Assembly (NCBI GenBank): GCA_965644295.1
Contig: CBFFRP010000019.1
Span: 1-64,000, forward strand
Direction: 5' to 3'
Length of the DNA stretch: 64,000 bases
Origin: Paraphysomonas bandaiensis
Taxonomy: Eukaryota > Protista > Chrysophyceae
Part shown: piece after piece, positions 27,000 to 39,783 of the stretch
Numbering within the stretch: position 1 is the stretch's first letter
How the letters are laid out: every line of letters starts with the position of its first letter
Notes under the pieces: generated by a model
Told to the model about the DNA's origin: nothing
The model's input: only the letters and a program-made list of their open reading frames with translations
Database searches by the model: none
Program-made: the position numbers and the translations under genes

Positions 27000-27596
27000 T
27001 TTTAATCCAGACAACAAGTAAATGTAGTAGAATACTCAAGTTGTATGATTGATAATGTGTCTGGTTAATATGAAGGAGTGTGATAGAATGCAGGGCCAAT
27101 AATCTTATAAGGAAACATGTACATATATAGAGCATACTACTGTACACTGCTGTACACCATTCCTGACATTGCATCAAGTCCACCAAAATATAGCCGCAAA
27201 TATCAATGTGTTCCCAAATCCTCTGGTTTCTAGCTCAATATTCCACGTATTTTAGTTCTACATTAGAACTAAAATATTACATTGTAATATTTGGAGGAAA
27301 ATATTGATGTCCACGTAGAAGAAATTCCTATTGTTGTGGTGTGTCTCTGAGTGGACTTTTGAAGAAAACAAAATATAAATATCCGGAATTTTCCGACATG
27401 TACAAAGCTCCTGGTATACTCTGTACCTCCAACAGTCAGAAAAACTGCACAAATTAGGTACTAAAAATACTAGATTTCCATAATTCCGGGAAATTGTGAT
27501 CTGTGGGAGGTATTGTATGTATGAGAGAAGGCAGGTATGCATCACAATCCTCATGATTGCACGTCACCTGCATATAATTCATATCACTGATCTAGA

Positions 27597-29328
27597 ATGG
27601 AAGAATACACTAAAGGGAATGAATTGTTTCGTTCCGGACATATTGAAGATGCTCAAGCGGTGTATGAGAATGCACTACTGCAGTCTACTGATGATCCCTT
27701 GACTATAAAGCTTCTACTCAATACTGCACAGTGTCACCTGATATTAAGGAATTATGATGTACGTGTGACCGTATATATAGTGTATATACACTGTTAATAA
27801 TACATTTGCTACAGGAAGTCATTGACAAATGCACCAGTGTACTGTGCATAGACGACAGCAGTGTGAAAGCTCTTATTCGAAGAGCAATTGCAGAGGAATA
27901 CACGGGCGACTTTAATAGAAGTCTTGCCGACATATCATTAGCAATGAAACTTAATACTGAAAGGCGATGGGATACGGAAATAAGACGAATATATACTAGA
28001 GTTAAAGCCGCCTTATCTGAAGACGAGAAGGCACAAGCTGAACAAATTTGCCCCTCATCATTTGTGACACCTGCACAAACTCTTCGCATGAATTTTGGTG
28101 CCACTGTACCGTCGACTATGATTGTAGGAAAAACATACATTTTTCGTGTTAATATCAGTAACGAATTTGGCCTATGGAATTATGCTTCGATGTGGGGCAA
28201 ACCTGATGGTGACAACCCTACAGTTGTGAATTGCGAGGTTATTAAACTGTTTGGTTCTGCTGTCAATATATATACTGCCTCTCTGCAGGACAGTATCATT
28301 GGAAAACACGGTAGAGTGAGTATCTCGTATGTTGTAACGATTGTCTTATGTATATATAGGCCCTTATGCGATTAAAGATATCTAAAGACAGATCTCAAGA
28401 TGAGGGGTCAACGTATATTGATGAATGGGTGATGCTACGATTTTTTGCTACTGGCAGACTATCAGGAGTGGTACCTGTGTTTTCATTACCTGTACAGCTT
28501 GTACCAGATGCGTCAGTAGTTGATGAGAACCTTTGTGATCGTAATGAAACACCTATGCATCAGATACACCAATTGCTTGGGATTGCCAGAAATTTGTCTG
28601 CTCAATGTATACGTTCCGTCACTCTTCCTTCACACGATGATCCATCAATACCCCTATCGAATTCGATATATGTGCTGGAGTGCCCAGGCTCTCTGGGCAT
28701 CGGAGGAAAGGTATGGGATTCATCATTTGTTCTATTGAAATATTTAGCCACTACGTCACTGCTCCGAGGAAGGCCAGTAATAGAGTTAGGAAGTGGCACA
28801 GGAATTACAGGATTGGCAGCCTCCTTTCTGTCCCCGTCGTCTGTACTATTGACGGATATCGATGAAGTCACTCCTCTATTAGTCGCTAACATCCTCCTGA
28901 ATAAGGTGTTGTATAACTCTCTTTATGACGCCCATTGTAGCGATGTTTTCTCGATATGTGGTGCGAAAACGTATATGTGGGGATCTCCCGCTGAGCTGCC
29001 TAATACATCGAATCCGTACGTTGTAATAGCCTCAGATGTTGTCTATGACCCACGTGGTTATGAATCTTTGGCAACGTCGCTGAAAGAACTCTTGACTTCA
29101 CCTTGTATTCAGCGGAATCAACAGCCTTATGCTGATTTAGTTGTGCTTGCTCATCGGCACCGAAACCCTAGTGATAGCAATTTTTTTGAATTGATATCTA
29201 GTAGTGAGAGTGGGTTAGATATACGAGAAATAGAACCTCATACATGGATGAAAGAGAGGAGTAAACTGGGGGCATTGAGTGATGTGAAAATATTTCACAT
29301 TGCTAGAAGTTCCATGCTCTCACTATAG
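27597..29328 (+). CDS. TPR domain + seven-beta-strand lysine methyltransferase (METTL21/family-16-like) fusion, 3 exons
   Basis: TPR motifs KGNELF / LLNTAQC / VKALIRRA; MTase motifs IGGKVWDSS, VIELGSGTG, LLTD, IASDVVY; introns ~27759-27813 and ~28316-28360. Confidence 0.85.
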
Positions 29329-30109
29329 CTGTTTTCTATTAATTATTAATTTATCTTGTGACTAGACTTTAAAGTGTGTTTTATTGCTATCGCAAGGAGC
29401 ATAGTGTTTAGACTTCTCACGCAATATCTAATGCAACTATAATTTATAAATACATAACAGTGCCAGTTAGTGTATAGTATACAATGAGATACTTAATATA
29501 GGCATGTCGCTAAGGCTGCTTATTCCTTCACAACTGCGTCCTGCCATCTCTCCAGCCGAAGTCACACATATAAAGTATACTTTTTCATTATTATAAGGCA
29601 TCGAAAATTAAACAAAGACCTAAAAATGTGGGCCAAAAAAACATGTGTCGAACATATTCGATCGACTGCTTTAATCCATACAATACTTCTCAAACATGAA
29701 TATTACCTACAATAAAGCTCATACGTACTGATAACCTGTAGTATCTCAATTTTAAGAATATATCTAATAAGGTTTGTGTCATACTCAGAGCACATTAAAA
29801 TTTGAAAGTTTTAGTAGTAGGAGACGACGGAAATACACAAGTTGGGGAAGGAACAGAAGACGGAGATGGAAGGTGTGGACAGTTTTGAAAGCCACTAAGA
29901 GACTTATGAGTAAGAATAGGAGTGGGTGCGACTGTTCTTTCTCCGATAGTTGTGTCTTTCATGACACTGCTCTGTCCCCTCACAATCATAGAATACTTTT
30001 CTTCTGCTTTTGTTATAGCCGATTTCAACTCCATGTGATTAAATATAAGGAAAGAAATTGAATGAAACAATCAAATAAATAAACAAGATTTATATAGTTT
30101 ATATATGTA

Positions 30110-30183
30110 AGAGTGTTGTGTTGTATATAGAGAGTGTTGTGCTGTATATGGAGAGTGTTGTGCTGTATATGGAGAGTGTTGCG
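30110..30183 (+). repeat. Short tandem repeat, ~21-bp unit (gagagtgttgtgctgtatatg), ~3.5 copies
   Basis: Directly visible in the sequence. Confidence 0.85.
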
Positions 30184-30621
30184 TTAAATTCTTACTAGTG
30201 TGAAGTGTTGTCAAAAGAATATGAACACTTTCATCCCTTATTGATCATTTCCGAACTTAATCATTAATAGAGTGAATGTATAATCAAATACTTTAATAAG
30301 AAGCCAAACTGTGGCAGTATGTATATATATATGTATGTATGTATATGTAGATTCTGTCAGGTAAATTTGGTGACCAATTTGGCCGTTTTGAGACATTCTT
30401 CTTGCAGTTAACAAGAGGTTGATATACAGTACAGTACAGTACAGTAGTGTACGTATGTAGATCAGGAATATGTAGAACTTTCCGTAGAATTCTTCTTATT
30501 TCTTTATAGAAAACGATGTACAGTTATAATCTAAGGTTTTATTATTAAAAAACCTAGGATTTTGTTAGAAAATAGGAGTATTTTATATTCACCAGTACTT
30601 GCTTGATCTTCGCTCATTGAA

Positions 30622-30924
30622 AGACGCTGGTATCCATTAAGCAAAAGGGGGAAGAGGCAGTATGAAGACATCAAGTCATCAATCATTCAACCGATCAGTT
30701 GTCTTTTATGAAGTACAAGATACATTACTCAGCTCTGCAAGTAGACATTACTGCTATAACTGGGACTCACGAGCAATAGCCACGTCCATAGAATTAGTTT
30801 CCTCCTTGCAGAGCTGAGTAATGTATCTTTGTACTTCACGGAAGACAACTGATCGGTTGAGAGGTTGATGAATTGTTGTCTTACTACTGTTCTCCTCACC
30901 TTTGCATAATCGATGCCAGCGTCT
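30622..30924. repeat. Long imperfect inverted repeat/hairpin (~120-bp arms, ~63-nt loop)
   Basis: tcaaccgatcagttgtctt..tgaagtacaagatacattactcagctctgcaag (30687-30741) pairs with cttgcagagctgagtaatgtatctttgtacttca..aagacaactgatcggttga (30805-30860); outer pair agacgctgg/ccagcgtct. Confidence 0.85.
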
Positions 30925-32109
30925 ATTGAAGAACTCCTCCATCCATCGGTCATCTTCAGATGATCACTCTCTTCATTGGCCCTAACAATGGTGCAACAAC
31001 AACGGCTTGATAATACTAATTTCACAACAATGAGCAAAATACCAGGTAACCAACCTCATCCAATGCAGATGTGTGCAAAGCCCCACGATCTGGAGAGTTC
31101 AAACTGGCATATCTTTAGTGGCAGCTACAATGACCATTGGACTAGGATCCTATCCATTTCAAGTACACGTCCTCAAACTGGATTATTTCTAACTTTACGC
31201 TTTATTGATTTTGGAATGGGGTTGGTCTGACTACCATTGGTACCTCGATAGGGCAGATAGATAACACCTCCGTTTCCCTTTCAGGAGCAAGGGTGTCAGA
31301 AAGGGCCTCACACATCAGATACTACAAGCTTTTCTGCTTGCTTCAGTGAGATGCTGCCTTGTGAGTGTTCCGCATGATCGACATTTTCCCACAGACAGAT
31401 ATCACATAGTCTTTACAAAGTGCCACATAACTGTTTAGAATTTACAGCCCGCATATATAAACGTAGTGGACATTACCTAAGAGCTGTTTCATGATGGATG
31501 GAGAGAAGATATCTAGCATTCGCTATAGACTCATTGGTTGGCATTTTCGGATATTTTTAACTCGAATAAACCAGTTTTGTGTTATGAATATATGAATATA
31601 TATTATGCAGTATATAATATATATAATATACATATATACAATATATAGTAGATATAGAAATTTATTAAATATATAGACAGAGTCATCGCTTAATATTGTT
31701 TCGACGCTTTACACCATTTAGGTGGCTGGAAGTTACCAAATTACGAAGAGTTGTGTTACATATAAACACATAAGCACCCCGTCAATCACATCTCGAATGA
31801 TATATATAATAATAAAGTTTTTTGTTGGCAGCTGTAGTCCTACAGAATACAATATACATCAAAGTTACCTTCAGGGCATGCGTGGTACTGTTCAGGAGTA
31901 ACCATTATCCGTATGTAGCAACATGTGTCAAAATCTAGAACCTAGCAATGAGATATAGCTAATGCGAAGTGACGAACATCATATATCAAGACGTCTAAAA
32001 TAGGCGTTCAAGATGTGCTGTACGTAAAAATAGAGCACTTATTACACTACACTCGCTATGACAACTATTGAGCTACCGGAACATATATACAAGGAAATTT
32101 AACAAAACG

Positions 32110-35100
32110 TTACACCCTCCCATCTAACTCTTCGGTCCACCCGATAGGAGCACGTGACACAAACTCCGTGCGAAGCCTTACATATTCTGCATACCAGAAC
32201 TTACAAGAAGGTCAATTTCACGTCATTAATATACCTGAAAAGTCCAATTTTCCTTGATCTAAATCCCACGAGTGGAAATCTAGGGCAAAAAAATCGCCAC
32301 CATTTTCCACTGGAATTACAGTTCCTTCGACTAAATTATCACCAGAAAATAACGCAGTACCATTGGCCATTTGAACAGTTCCCAAGTTCACAAAGTCAGC
32401 TTGATCAGCCATAATTATATTGCCTTCTGCCCATTCCGCGTGCCCCAGATTAACTAGCTTTGCCAGAGATCTAGAGGGTAATATATAGACATAAGTAAGC
32501 ATACAGAGTAAACTGATGTAACTTACCGAATGCGTTTTTCACCTCCACCCAAGTAGAGCACACTCTTGGCAACAAAGTCAGCTTTACCGCGCAAGGTGCC
32601 ACCGTCCCATTGCATTATATTCGTCGCTGTAAGGTTTCCACGTGGACTAAGATCCGGTGCATCCAAACTATCATATACACTTGCTTGTGCTGCGGTTCCA
32701 ATCATAGGAAACTGGAGAACGCAATCATCTTTAAAATGCACGACTTTGTCGACAATAATGGTTGTTTCCCATGGCTCAACAAGAAGCATTCCCTTCGAAG
32801 AAATAAGAAGCCCACCATAGAAACGAAGGGTAGACGCATCTCCACGAGAAGCTGGCCATCTCATCGTCCCACCTGCAATAGTGATATGGGCATTGATGGA
32901 GAAAGACAAGTCGTGTGTTCCTGCAGTGCCCAGGAGCTCTCCTTCACCAGTCATAGTGCATGTTGCACCCATGAAAAATCTCCCTCCACTAAGCTCTAAC
33001 ACAGCATCTCTTCCCACTTCCATAAACACTAAGTTACCACATGAGCCACCTGACTGAGCGTTCAAATATCCTTCTTCGCCTAGCTGTAGTCGACTTGACC
33101 CCTCAAGATTTATGGGTGCTACAAAGGTTGCATTACAATTTTCCGATGCCACAATAGTGCCGTTATTTTGCACGGTAATAATTGCTGGGCTCATACATTT
33201 TTCACCACATAGGGGATTAATATACGATCCATCACGCAGGTAGTCAGCGACCTGGTCATCGAAATAAAACACTTCATTAAAAGGAGGTTCTGATTCTAAT
33301 AGTTTTTGATATGGCGCATCGGCAGGCATAGATAGCAGCTCCGCAAATCCAAAGTATTGTCGAATATTGAATACGTTAACCCAAAATGTCCCGTCTACTA
33401 TAACCTGCGCTCCATTATGCAAACTCACGTTACCGGTTTGCCAGTCAAAAACTGCTGTTTCTAAAATGTGAAGAGTGCATGCATACCGAAGTGATTTTCC
33501 AGTACCAGATGCAGTGAGATTGCGTGTAATATACAGTGTGGATCTCCCTCCAATGATACCCCCATCCCAAGTGCCTTGATCCCATGTCAGATTAGATCCA
33601 GGCCCTGCAGTTAGAACACTTCCAATGTCACTAATGCGATAGAAAACGGCGCTCATCGTAAACCCCGGGGCATTATTGAGCTCACTTGCACCGCGGCCCT
33701 TCGTGTTAAACGGAGAAAATATGAGAATGGAACTGTCCCATCCTTCCCAACCTTTCCCAGTGAAGATAAGTGTGCCGCTACCTTGAGCAACTACTCCATT
33801 CCATGTAATTACATCAGCACCAACAGTACCCTTGCCGGTACCAACAGACCCAATAATTAATGGGCTGTCTGCTGGTAGTCGATGTGATCCTGAACTCAGA
33901 ATTAACTCTCCCTCACCAGTCGTTTCAGTGTAATCTAGCGCCGACATACGAGACATAACAATTGTAGGAGGAAGTGCACAAGCAGCTGTGTCAATCATCG
34001 AACTATTGCCGTGTAAATCACAAGCAGTCTGACCTGATGGATCGAAGTAAGACACTTTAGTCTGAGCACAACCACAGTCAAGAATGCCCACACAAAATAA
34101 TTCCATTGTAACTCCTGCTTCAGATAGGAAATGCTCCCCATTCGGTGCATCTAATTCTATTCTGTAGTCATAACCGTAATGAAACCGATCATCTGCTTCC
34201 CCATAGCGCCGTACAGTCACGCCGCCAAGTTCTTGAACTACCGGAAGAGAGTCCAATATTGACCTCACTTCTGAAGCCGAAGCATGATAGGGAATACATG
34301 CAGATATGTCGCCATCACTAACCGTCGATGACGAGTAATATACACCAATCCGGTAAACACCTCTCAGTATAGGATCTTCAGGAGAGTCGTCGTCATATAT
34401 CTCTTCTTGTTGAACACTGTTCAGGTACTCCCCAACGACATCGCCGCTATTTCATCACACATTAGAACACGTATATTATGTGTCATACACTTTTCTTACC
34501 GGTGAGATAACGATAGTTCAAACGCGTCATAAGTTGCCAGTCTCATTGCGTAGCCATCTAGAATAAGTCTTGCCAAGGATTGAACATCGACTTTCGCAGA
34601 CGAAATCAGGCCACCCTGCTGTAAAATTAAGTCCACGCCGTCATCAACATATATAGTCGAGTCTTCAGTATTAAGCTTCGCATTGATGGTTACATTATAG
34701 CTTCTGTCACAAAAACTACATTTCGTGGAAGTGTTTATTGCATATCCCGAAGCAATAAAGACAATTGGCTGCAACCCATGCAGTGAGGTTTCTCCAATAA
34801 ATGTCTCTTCAGTGATATTGATATTAGTATGTAGGTCCAGCTCAGACCCATCACACAGTACAAGATGCTTTATAGTACTGCTCTCTCCAGAAACAGTGAT
34901 ATGAGCGGTTTCTTCGACAAAAAATTCAGACACATCAAATGAGTTTTTAACTACCAGGTGACCACCGCGCAATCCACCGCCATTTAGGTATGACTTGTTT
35001 CTCAGTCGAAGACTATATCGTCTTGGTGTGACGAGCATTTGGCAGACATACGCCTTAGATTCTTCAAAGCAACTCACCTCCTCAAATGAGCCTTGCTCTA

Positions 35101-36410
35101 GAATAAGTGGATCTTCTTGCCAAGGAACAATATGCACACAGTTATCACCATTATCAATAAATGCCCCCGGCTCATCAAGAGCATTTCGGTCCGCCCGATC
35201 AGATCCACGTCGCCAATCTCGGAAAGAAAGATCAAGCATGGAAGCGGGGTCGCGCCAATTGTAATATCCGGTGCCAAATGCGTCCTGAAGACCAATCCAA
35301 CATCCCTCCGTGAAAGCACTAGATCCACTACAAAAGAGAAACGTTATCATTACACATTCTAGAAGGTGTATAAAATGTAAGCAAAAATAGGTTGTTACAA
35401 AAATATAGTGAACAATACATGTCACTGCTACCTTTGCCCTCTACATATACTCTTAACAACGTCCAATTCGTTGTGATCTTCAATCTGTACTAAACTGGTG
35501 CCCAGTGACCCAAAGCCATCACCGAGTCCTCTGCACACGGCATCAGACTCGAGGTACGGCAGTGCATCTTCCATGAGTTTGTAGCATTTTCTGAGAGTAA
35601 ACAATAATTAATAACACAGTATTGATGTGGAAAATACGAATAGAGTCTGCAACAAATCGCTATCGACATAGAATAATCCTCAATCCATGAATTAGCAATG
35701 TCCACCTACCCCAATTTGCTTCCGTCGGGGCTCACAGACCATCCATGAGGACAACCTGTTTCATGTGCAATTAACAATCCTCCATCCATTTCAATTGAAT
35801 TTACTTCTTCATCTGAAGTCAAAACGACAATTCCTGAATGCGGCGGAAAGTAGACATCATCACGAGAAGTTGGCACTGCACCACCTTCCCAGTTTTTAGC
35901 ATCGGACCACAAACCCACGGTTTCAAGAGGTGCACACCCCTCTGACGACACATTTACAGCCAATGATTGCAAAGTTCGCCCAGAGAATCTGAATAAATAA
36001 TGTGTCGTAAAATTACTCTCAATTTTTCCGTTCCCATATCGTTTAACAACTGTATCAATTAATTGATTGAGAGTTGTATTCCCAGAATCATACGTCAATA
36101 AAGCAGATCGTATAATTCGAAGTACTTCCGTTCCACCGGATCCAATCTCAATACAATCTGTTTCACCTTCAAAGAGACCATATTCAAAAGACTGTCCTCT
36201 AATACTCAATTTGAAGTGTCCTCCATCTCCCCGATATATCCGGCGGTTAGAGAATACTGAAACACTTGAATTCCAAGGCCCAATACCGTCTAATTCACTA
36301 GCAACTAGAGAAACTTCAGAATCAAACCATGGGACCCTATCTGCTTGAGTTAAATATAGTCTAGCCCATAAGAGAAGAAGAAACATAAAAGATTTAAAAG
36401 AATTCATCAT
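32110..36410 (-). CDS. Large secreted protein with C-type lectin domain and glycine-rich beta-repeat (autotransporter-passenger-like) region, multi-exon
   Basis: Signal peptide MMNSFKSFMFLLLLWARLYLTQA; WSDAKNWEGGAVPT motif; spliced CTL CPHGW..KCYKL..AVC..LVQIEDHNE..WIGLQD..EPG..NCV..YVCQ; repeated W-x-GG-T / L-x-I-x-G beta motifs; ends ..ELDGRV*. Confidence 0.75.
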
Positions 36411-36884
36411 TCTCTATAGAGTTAAGAGGCTTATACCTTAACTAGCATATAAAGCACATGGTTATCATAATAATGACTGCTATTATAATATCTCATACAT
36501 ATATCACACATATGAACAATATGCATATATATAAATTCACATACTCTTCAGATCACACTTCATGACTGAAACGCTCTTTTGTTTCCGTTGTTACCTATTA
36601 ACACTGCACTAAACTATTTTCAGTTTATAACATATCTGTCTATTAAAGATACGACTCCTTGAAATACATTGTAGTATATCGTTCGGAGAATGAATTCTAT
36701 TCCCCTACGTTGTATAATGACGTACCAACTTCTCTCATATGGTTTGGTGTGTAGAGATCTATACACATATGAACAGCTGGGATCGTATCATATGGGCCGC
36801 TATGCAACAACTTGCAATACATACATAGAGAAGAACATTTCATTAATACACGCACTCTTATTTAAAGTAATTATATCAGTAATT

Positions 36885-37508
36885 ATGTCTTGGAATATGT
36901 CCTTTCCAACAATACCTTTCCGGAAATCTACCTCTGCGACTACACCTGCCGATGAGAATCCAGAAGGAACAGACAATCCACCCGATACAGCGAAGCCAGA
37001 TGATCTCCCACCAGCAAAAGATGCTAGTGATGTACGGAGGAATGAAAGAACTCTTCGAAGGTTTCTCAAATCCGCTCGTAGACTTTATGTTGAAAAACGT
37101 ATTGAAGGCCAGATTAGCATTTCTATGAGTTTTACAATATACAGCCAGTCTTTATCTGTTCAAATAACTAAAGAAAGCTTCGGTGAAATAGACGACCCTG
37201 CGTCTGATACAGATGATCCTGAATCGGAATCCTTGTGGGTCAAATCTGGAGCCAGTGACATGGTAAACAAATTTGGAACGTTATGTCGAACAGCCCTACC
37301 GGGTGTGGAAGGAGCTCTGCAACGTATGATTTGGAGAGCCCATGAATGGAAAGGTGCTGATTTTGCAGATGATGTCCAAATGGGCGAGCAGATATCAATA
37401 TCCGACCCTCTCTTTAAAACGATTGGCCTCTCTATACAGTTGTCAGCAAAGGCGTCATCAGTAATCGAATATATTGAAAGGAAAGAGGCTGCTTCGAAGA
37501 AAGCCTAA
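36885..37508 (+). CDS. Hypothetical protein (~207 aa)
   Basis: Intronless ORF with coding-like composition; likely ATG at 36885 (MSWNMSFPTIPF); no recognised domain. Confidence 0.65.
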   Translation: MSWNMSFPTIPFRKSTSATTPADENPEGTDNPPDTAKPDDLPPAKDASDVRRNERTLRRFLKSARRLYVEKRIEGQISISMSFTIYSQSLSVQITKESFGEIDDPASDTDDPESESLWVKSGASDMVNKFGTLCRTALPGVEGALQRMIWRAHEWKGADFADDVQMGEQISISDPLFKTIGLSIQLSAKASSVIEYIERKEAASKKA

Positions 37509-38447
37509 TTAGAATTGGCGGGAAAGAAGCATATGTTGCAGCATATGTTTTAAGTTAAAGAAGATGTATATTACTGGGAAGACGCTTGAATATTTCTGTG
37601 GAAGTAGAGTCAGTAGCGAAAGTGTATAGGTTAAGAATGTAATTTGTAGAATGCGTGTCCTTGTTAGAGAGTGAAATTATGTGTAATAAAGGGGCAATAT
37701 CCAGCAATATTGAGTTGTATATGATATCATTATTTATGCTTCTAAGCGTTAAGGTACTACGAACATATTAAGTACGAGATCTTATATCAGCAATATAATT
37801 TTACTGTAGTAAGCTACGCTATTGCTCATTAAATATAAACGATTGCAACGTATAATGTGGGTTAATAGTTAGAAACGTTCAAACACGATTTGAGATTCGA
37901 AGTGTCTGAACCTCACCAGGAGTAACAAAAGTAGAAATATTTTTCCCGTCCATATTGTGCACAGTGTATAGACAGTATTGGTTATGAAATAACTAATAAC
38001 TCATATCATTTAATAATCTTCTTAACTCTCTCAACTGTAACATATTACTCATAATAGCCTTAATACTCACACTACTAGCTAACTCTGCCATCATAGTGTA
38101 GCCATAGTGTGGGCTAGTTTATGGTATACCACTTATAGTACCAAGATTCTGCGCTGATTATACGTAGTCACTACCCCTCCCACCCGTTCGCCATCTCGGC
38201 TGACCATATAGGTCATCGCGATCCACCCTGCTCCATCATCCGTGTACTTCACACAAATATTACGCATGATTTCTTATAACTATGCATGACATGTAATTAA
38301 CTATATCATTTTTTCTGCTTCATTTTTCTTAACCTCGTACCATAATGCCTCAATGAACTCAGTTATTGTTTTTTTATCATGTTCATCACCACTAAAATTA
38401 ATTTGTTGGGCTTGATTAAAAATGATACAAGACGAATACATTATATA

Positions 38448-39095
38448 TTACGTTGTTGTATAACTCTGTTGACAGTTGAATTCCGACCCCATTGACAAAA
38501 ATTTATCAGCCCATTCCCCTTCCACCATATTTTTACATATAATGGCAGAAACGGTGTGCATAATTGCATCTTCTATAGTAAATTTACTAGCACATTGTTG
38601 TTGATTAAGCATTACATGAGATGACGGGATAGATAATGGCGTGCTTTTTTTCGTCGCTACTCCAATATTTGAAGACTGCTTTTCCTTATTTTCCCCGTTG
38701 ATCGTCTTACAGCAACTCTGTTTGATGGATGCGAAGTTTCCAGAAAATGATGAATACTGTGGTTTCTCGTCTGTAGACAAGAGCTCATCACCTCGTCCCT
38801 GTAGTTGTCCTCGAATAGGCTCTTCCTCACAGTGTGGCCGTTCTCGAAGAGGCACTTCCTCACAGTGTTCAGTACTGATGGAAGACGAAGTGCATTGCCT
38901 TTTGGCTGTTCCAATTGTCTCATACTGAAGGCAACACTTTCTTTTCACTGGAACATGCAGTGATGTTCTATCATATTCTTGCTTACTGTATGTGTAACCT
39001 ATTTGGTTATGAGAAGAGAACCTCACTCTCCTGTTCCATGAAAACTGTCTAATATATAATTTCGGTTGATCTTCAGTATATATAACTCGTGTCAT
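38448..39095 (-). CDS. Putative protein phosphatase 1 regulatory subunit (neurabin/Phactr/Bni4-type docking motif)
   Basis: RRVRFSSHNQIGYTYSKQEYDRTS parallels spinophilin [24 protein letters not shown]; the rest is low-complexity. Confidence 0.6.
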   Translation of the reverse strand: MTRVIYTEDQPKLYIRQFSWNRRVRFSSHNQIGYTYSKQEYDRTSLHVPVKRKCCLQYETIGTAKRQCTSSSISTEHCEEVPLRERPHCEEEPIRGQLQGRGDELLSTDEKPQYSSFSGNFASIKQSCCKTINGENKEKQSSNIGVATKKSTPLSIPSSHVMLNQQQCASKFTIEDAIMHTVSAIICKNMVEGEWADKFLSMGSEFNCQQSYTTT

Positions 39096-39308
39096 GGGAG
39101 CTACTCCTTGAGAATATGTATATATATATCTTGGCAATAAGAGGTGGATTACGTGTAAGTAAAATGTGAACTAATGCAGTCGGATTGTTTCTGGATATCT
39201 GTGAGGAGATATCTGTGTTGAAATGTCTGTTAAATGGCGGCGAAAACCAAGAAACTACCAACCAATGAGTTACAAGTATTTGTGGATGTTTGGTAGAAAC
39301 GAAAATTT

Positions 39309-39676
39309 CATATACATACCTACATACATACCTACATACATACATACATACATACCTATATACATACATACATACATACATACATACATACATACATACA
39401 TACATACATACATACATACATACATACATACATACATACATACATACATACATACATACATACATACATACATACATACATACATACATACATACATACA
39501 TACATACATACATACATACATACATACATACATACATACATACATACATACATACATACATACATACATACATACATACATACATACATACATACATACA
39601 TACATACATACATACATACATACATACATACATACATACATACATACATACATACATACATACATACATACATACA
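39309..39676 (+). repeat. (TACA)n microsatellite, ~90 units, in a divergent intergenic region
   Basis: Directly visible in the sequence. Confidence 0.98.
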
Positions 39677-39783
39677 CTCATTGATGTTAATGATATGGAG
39701 GTGATGTCTTCTCATTTTATTTCCTCAAAGATATTTTTGAATCATTAATAAACAAATACTTTGTGGAATATCATTATTAATCA

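Noticed and set aside
39073-39748. MYVC/HTYI-repeat ORFs (also 53323-53999)
   Set aside because: They are translations of (TACA)n microsatellites, which lack stop codons; not credible proteins.
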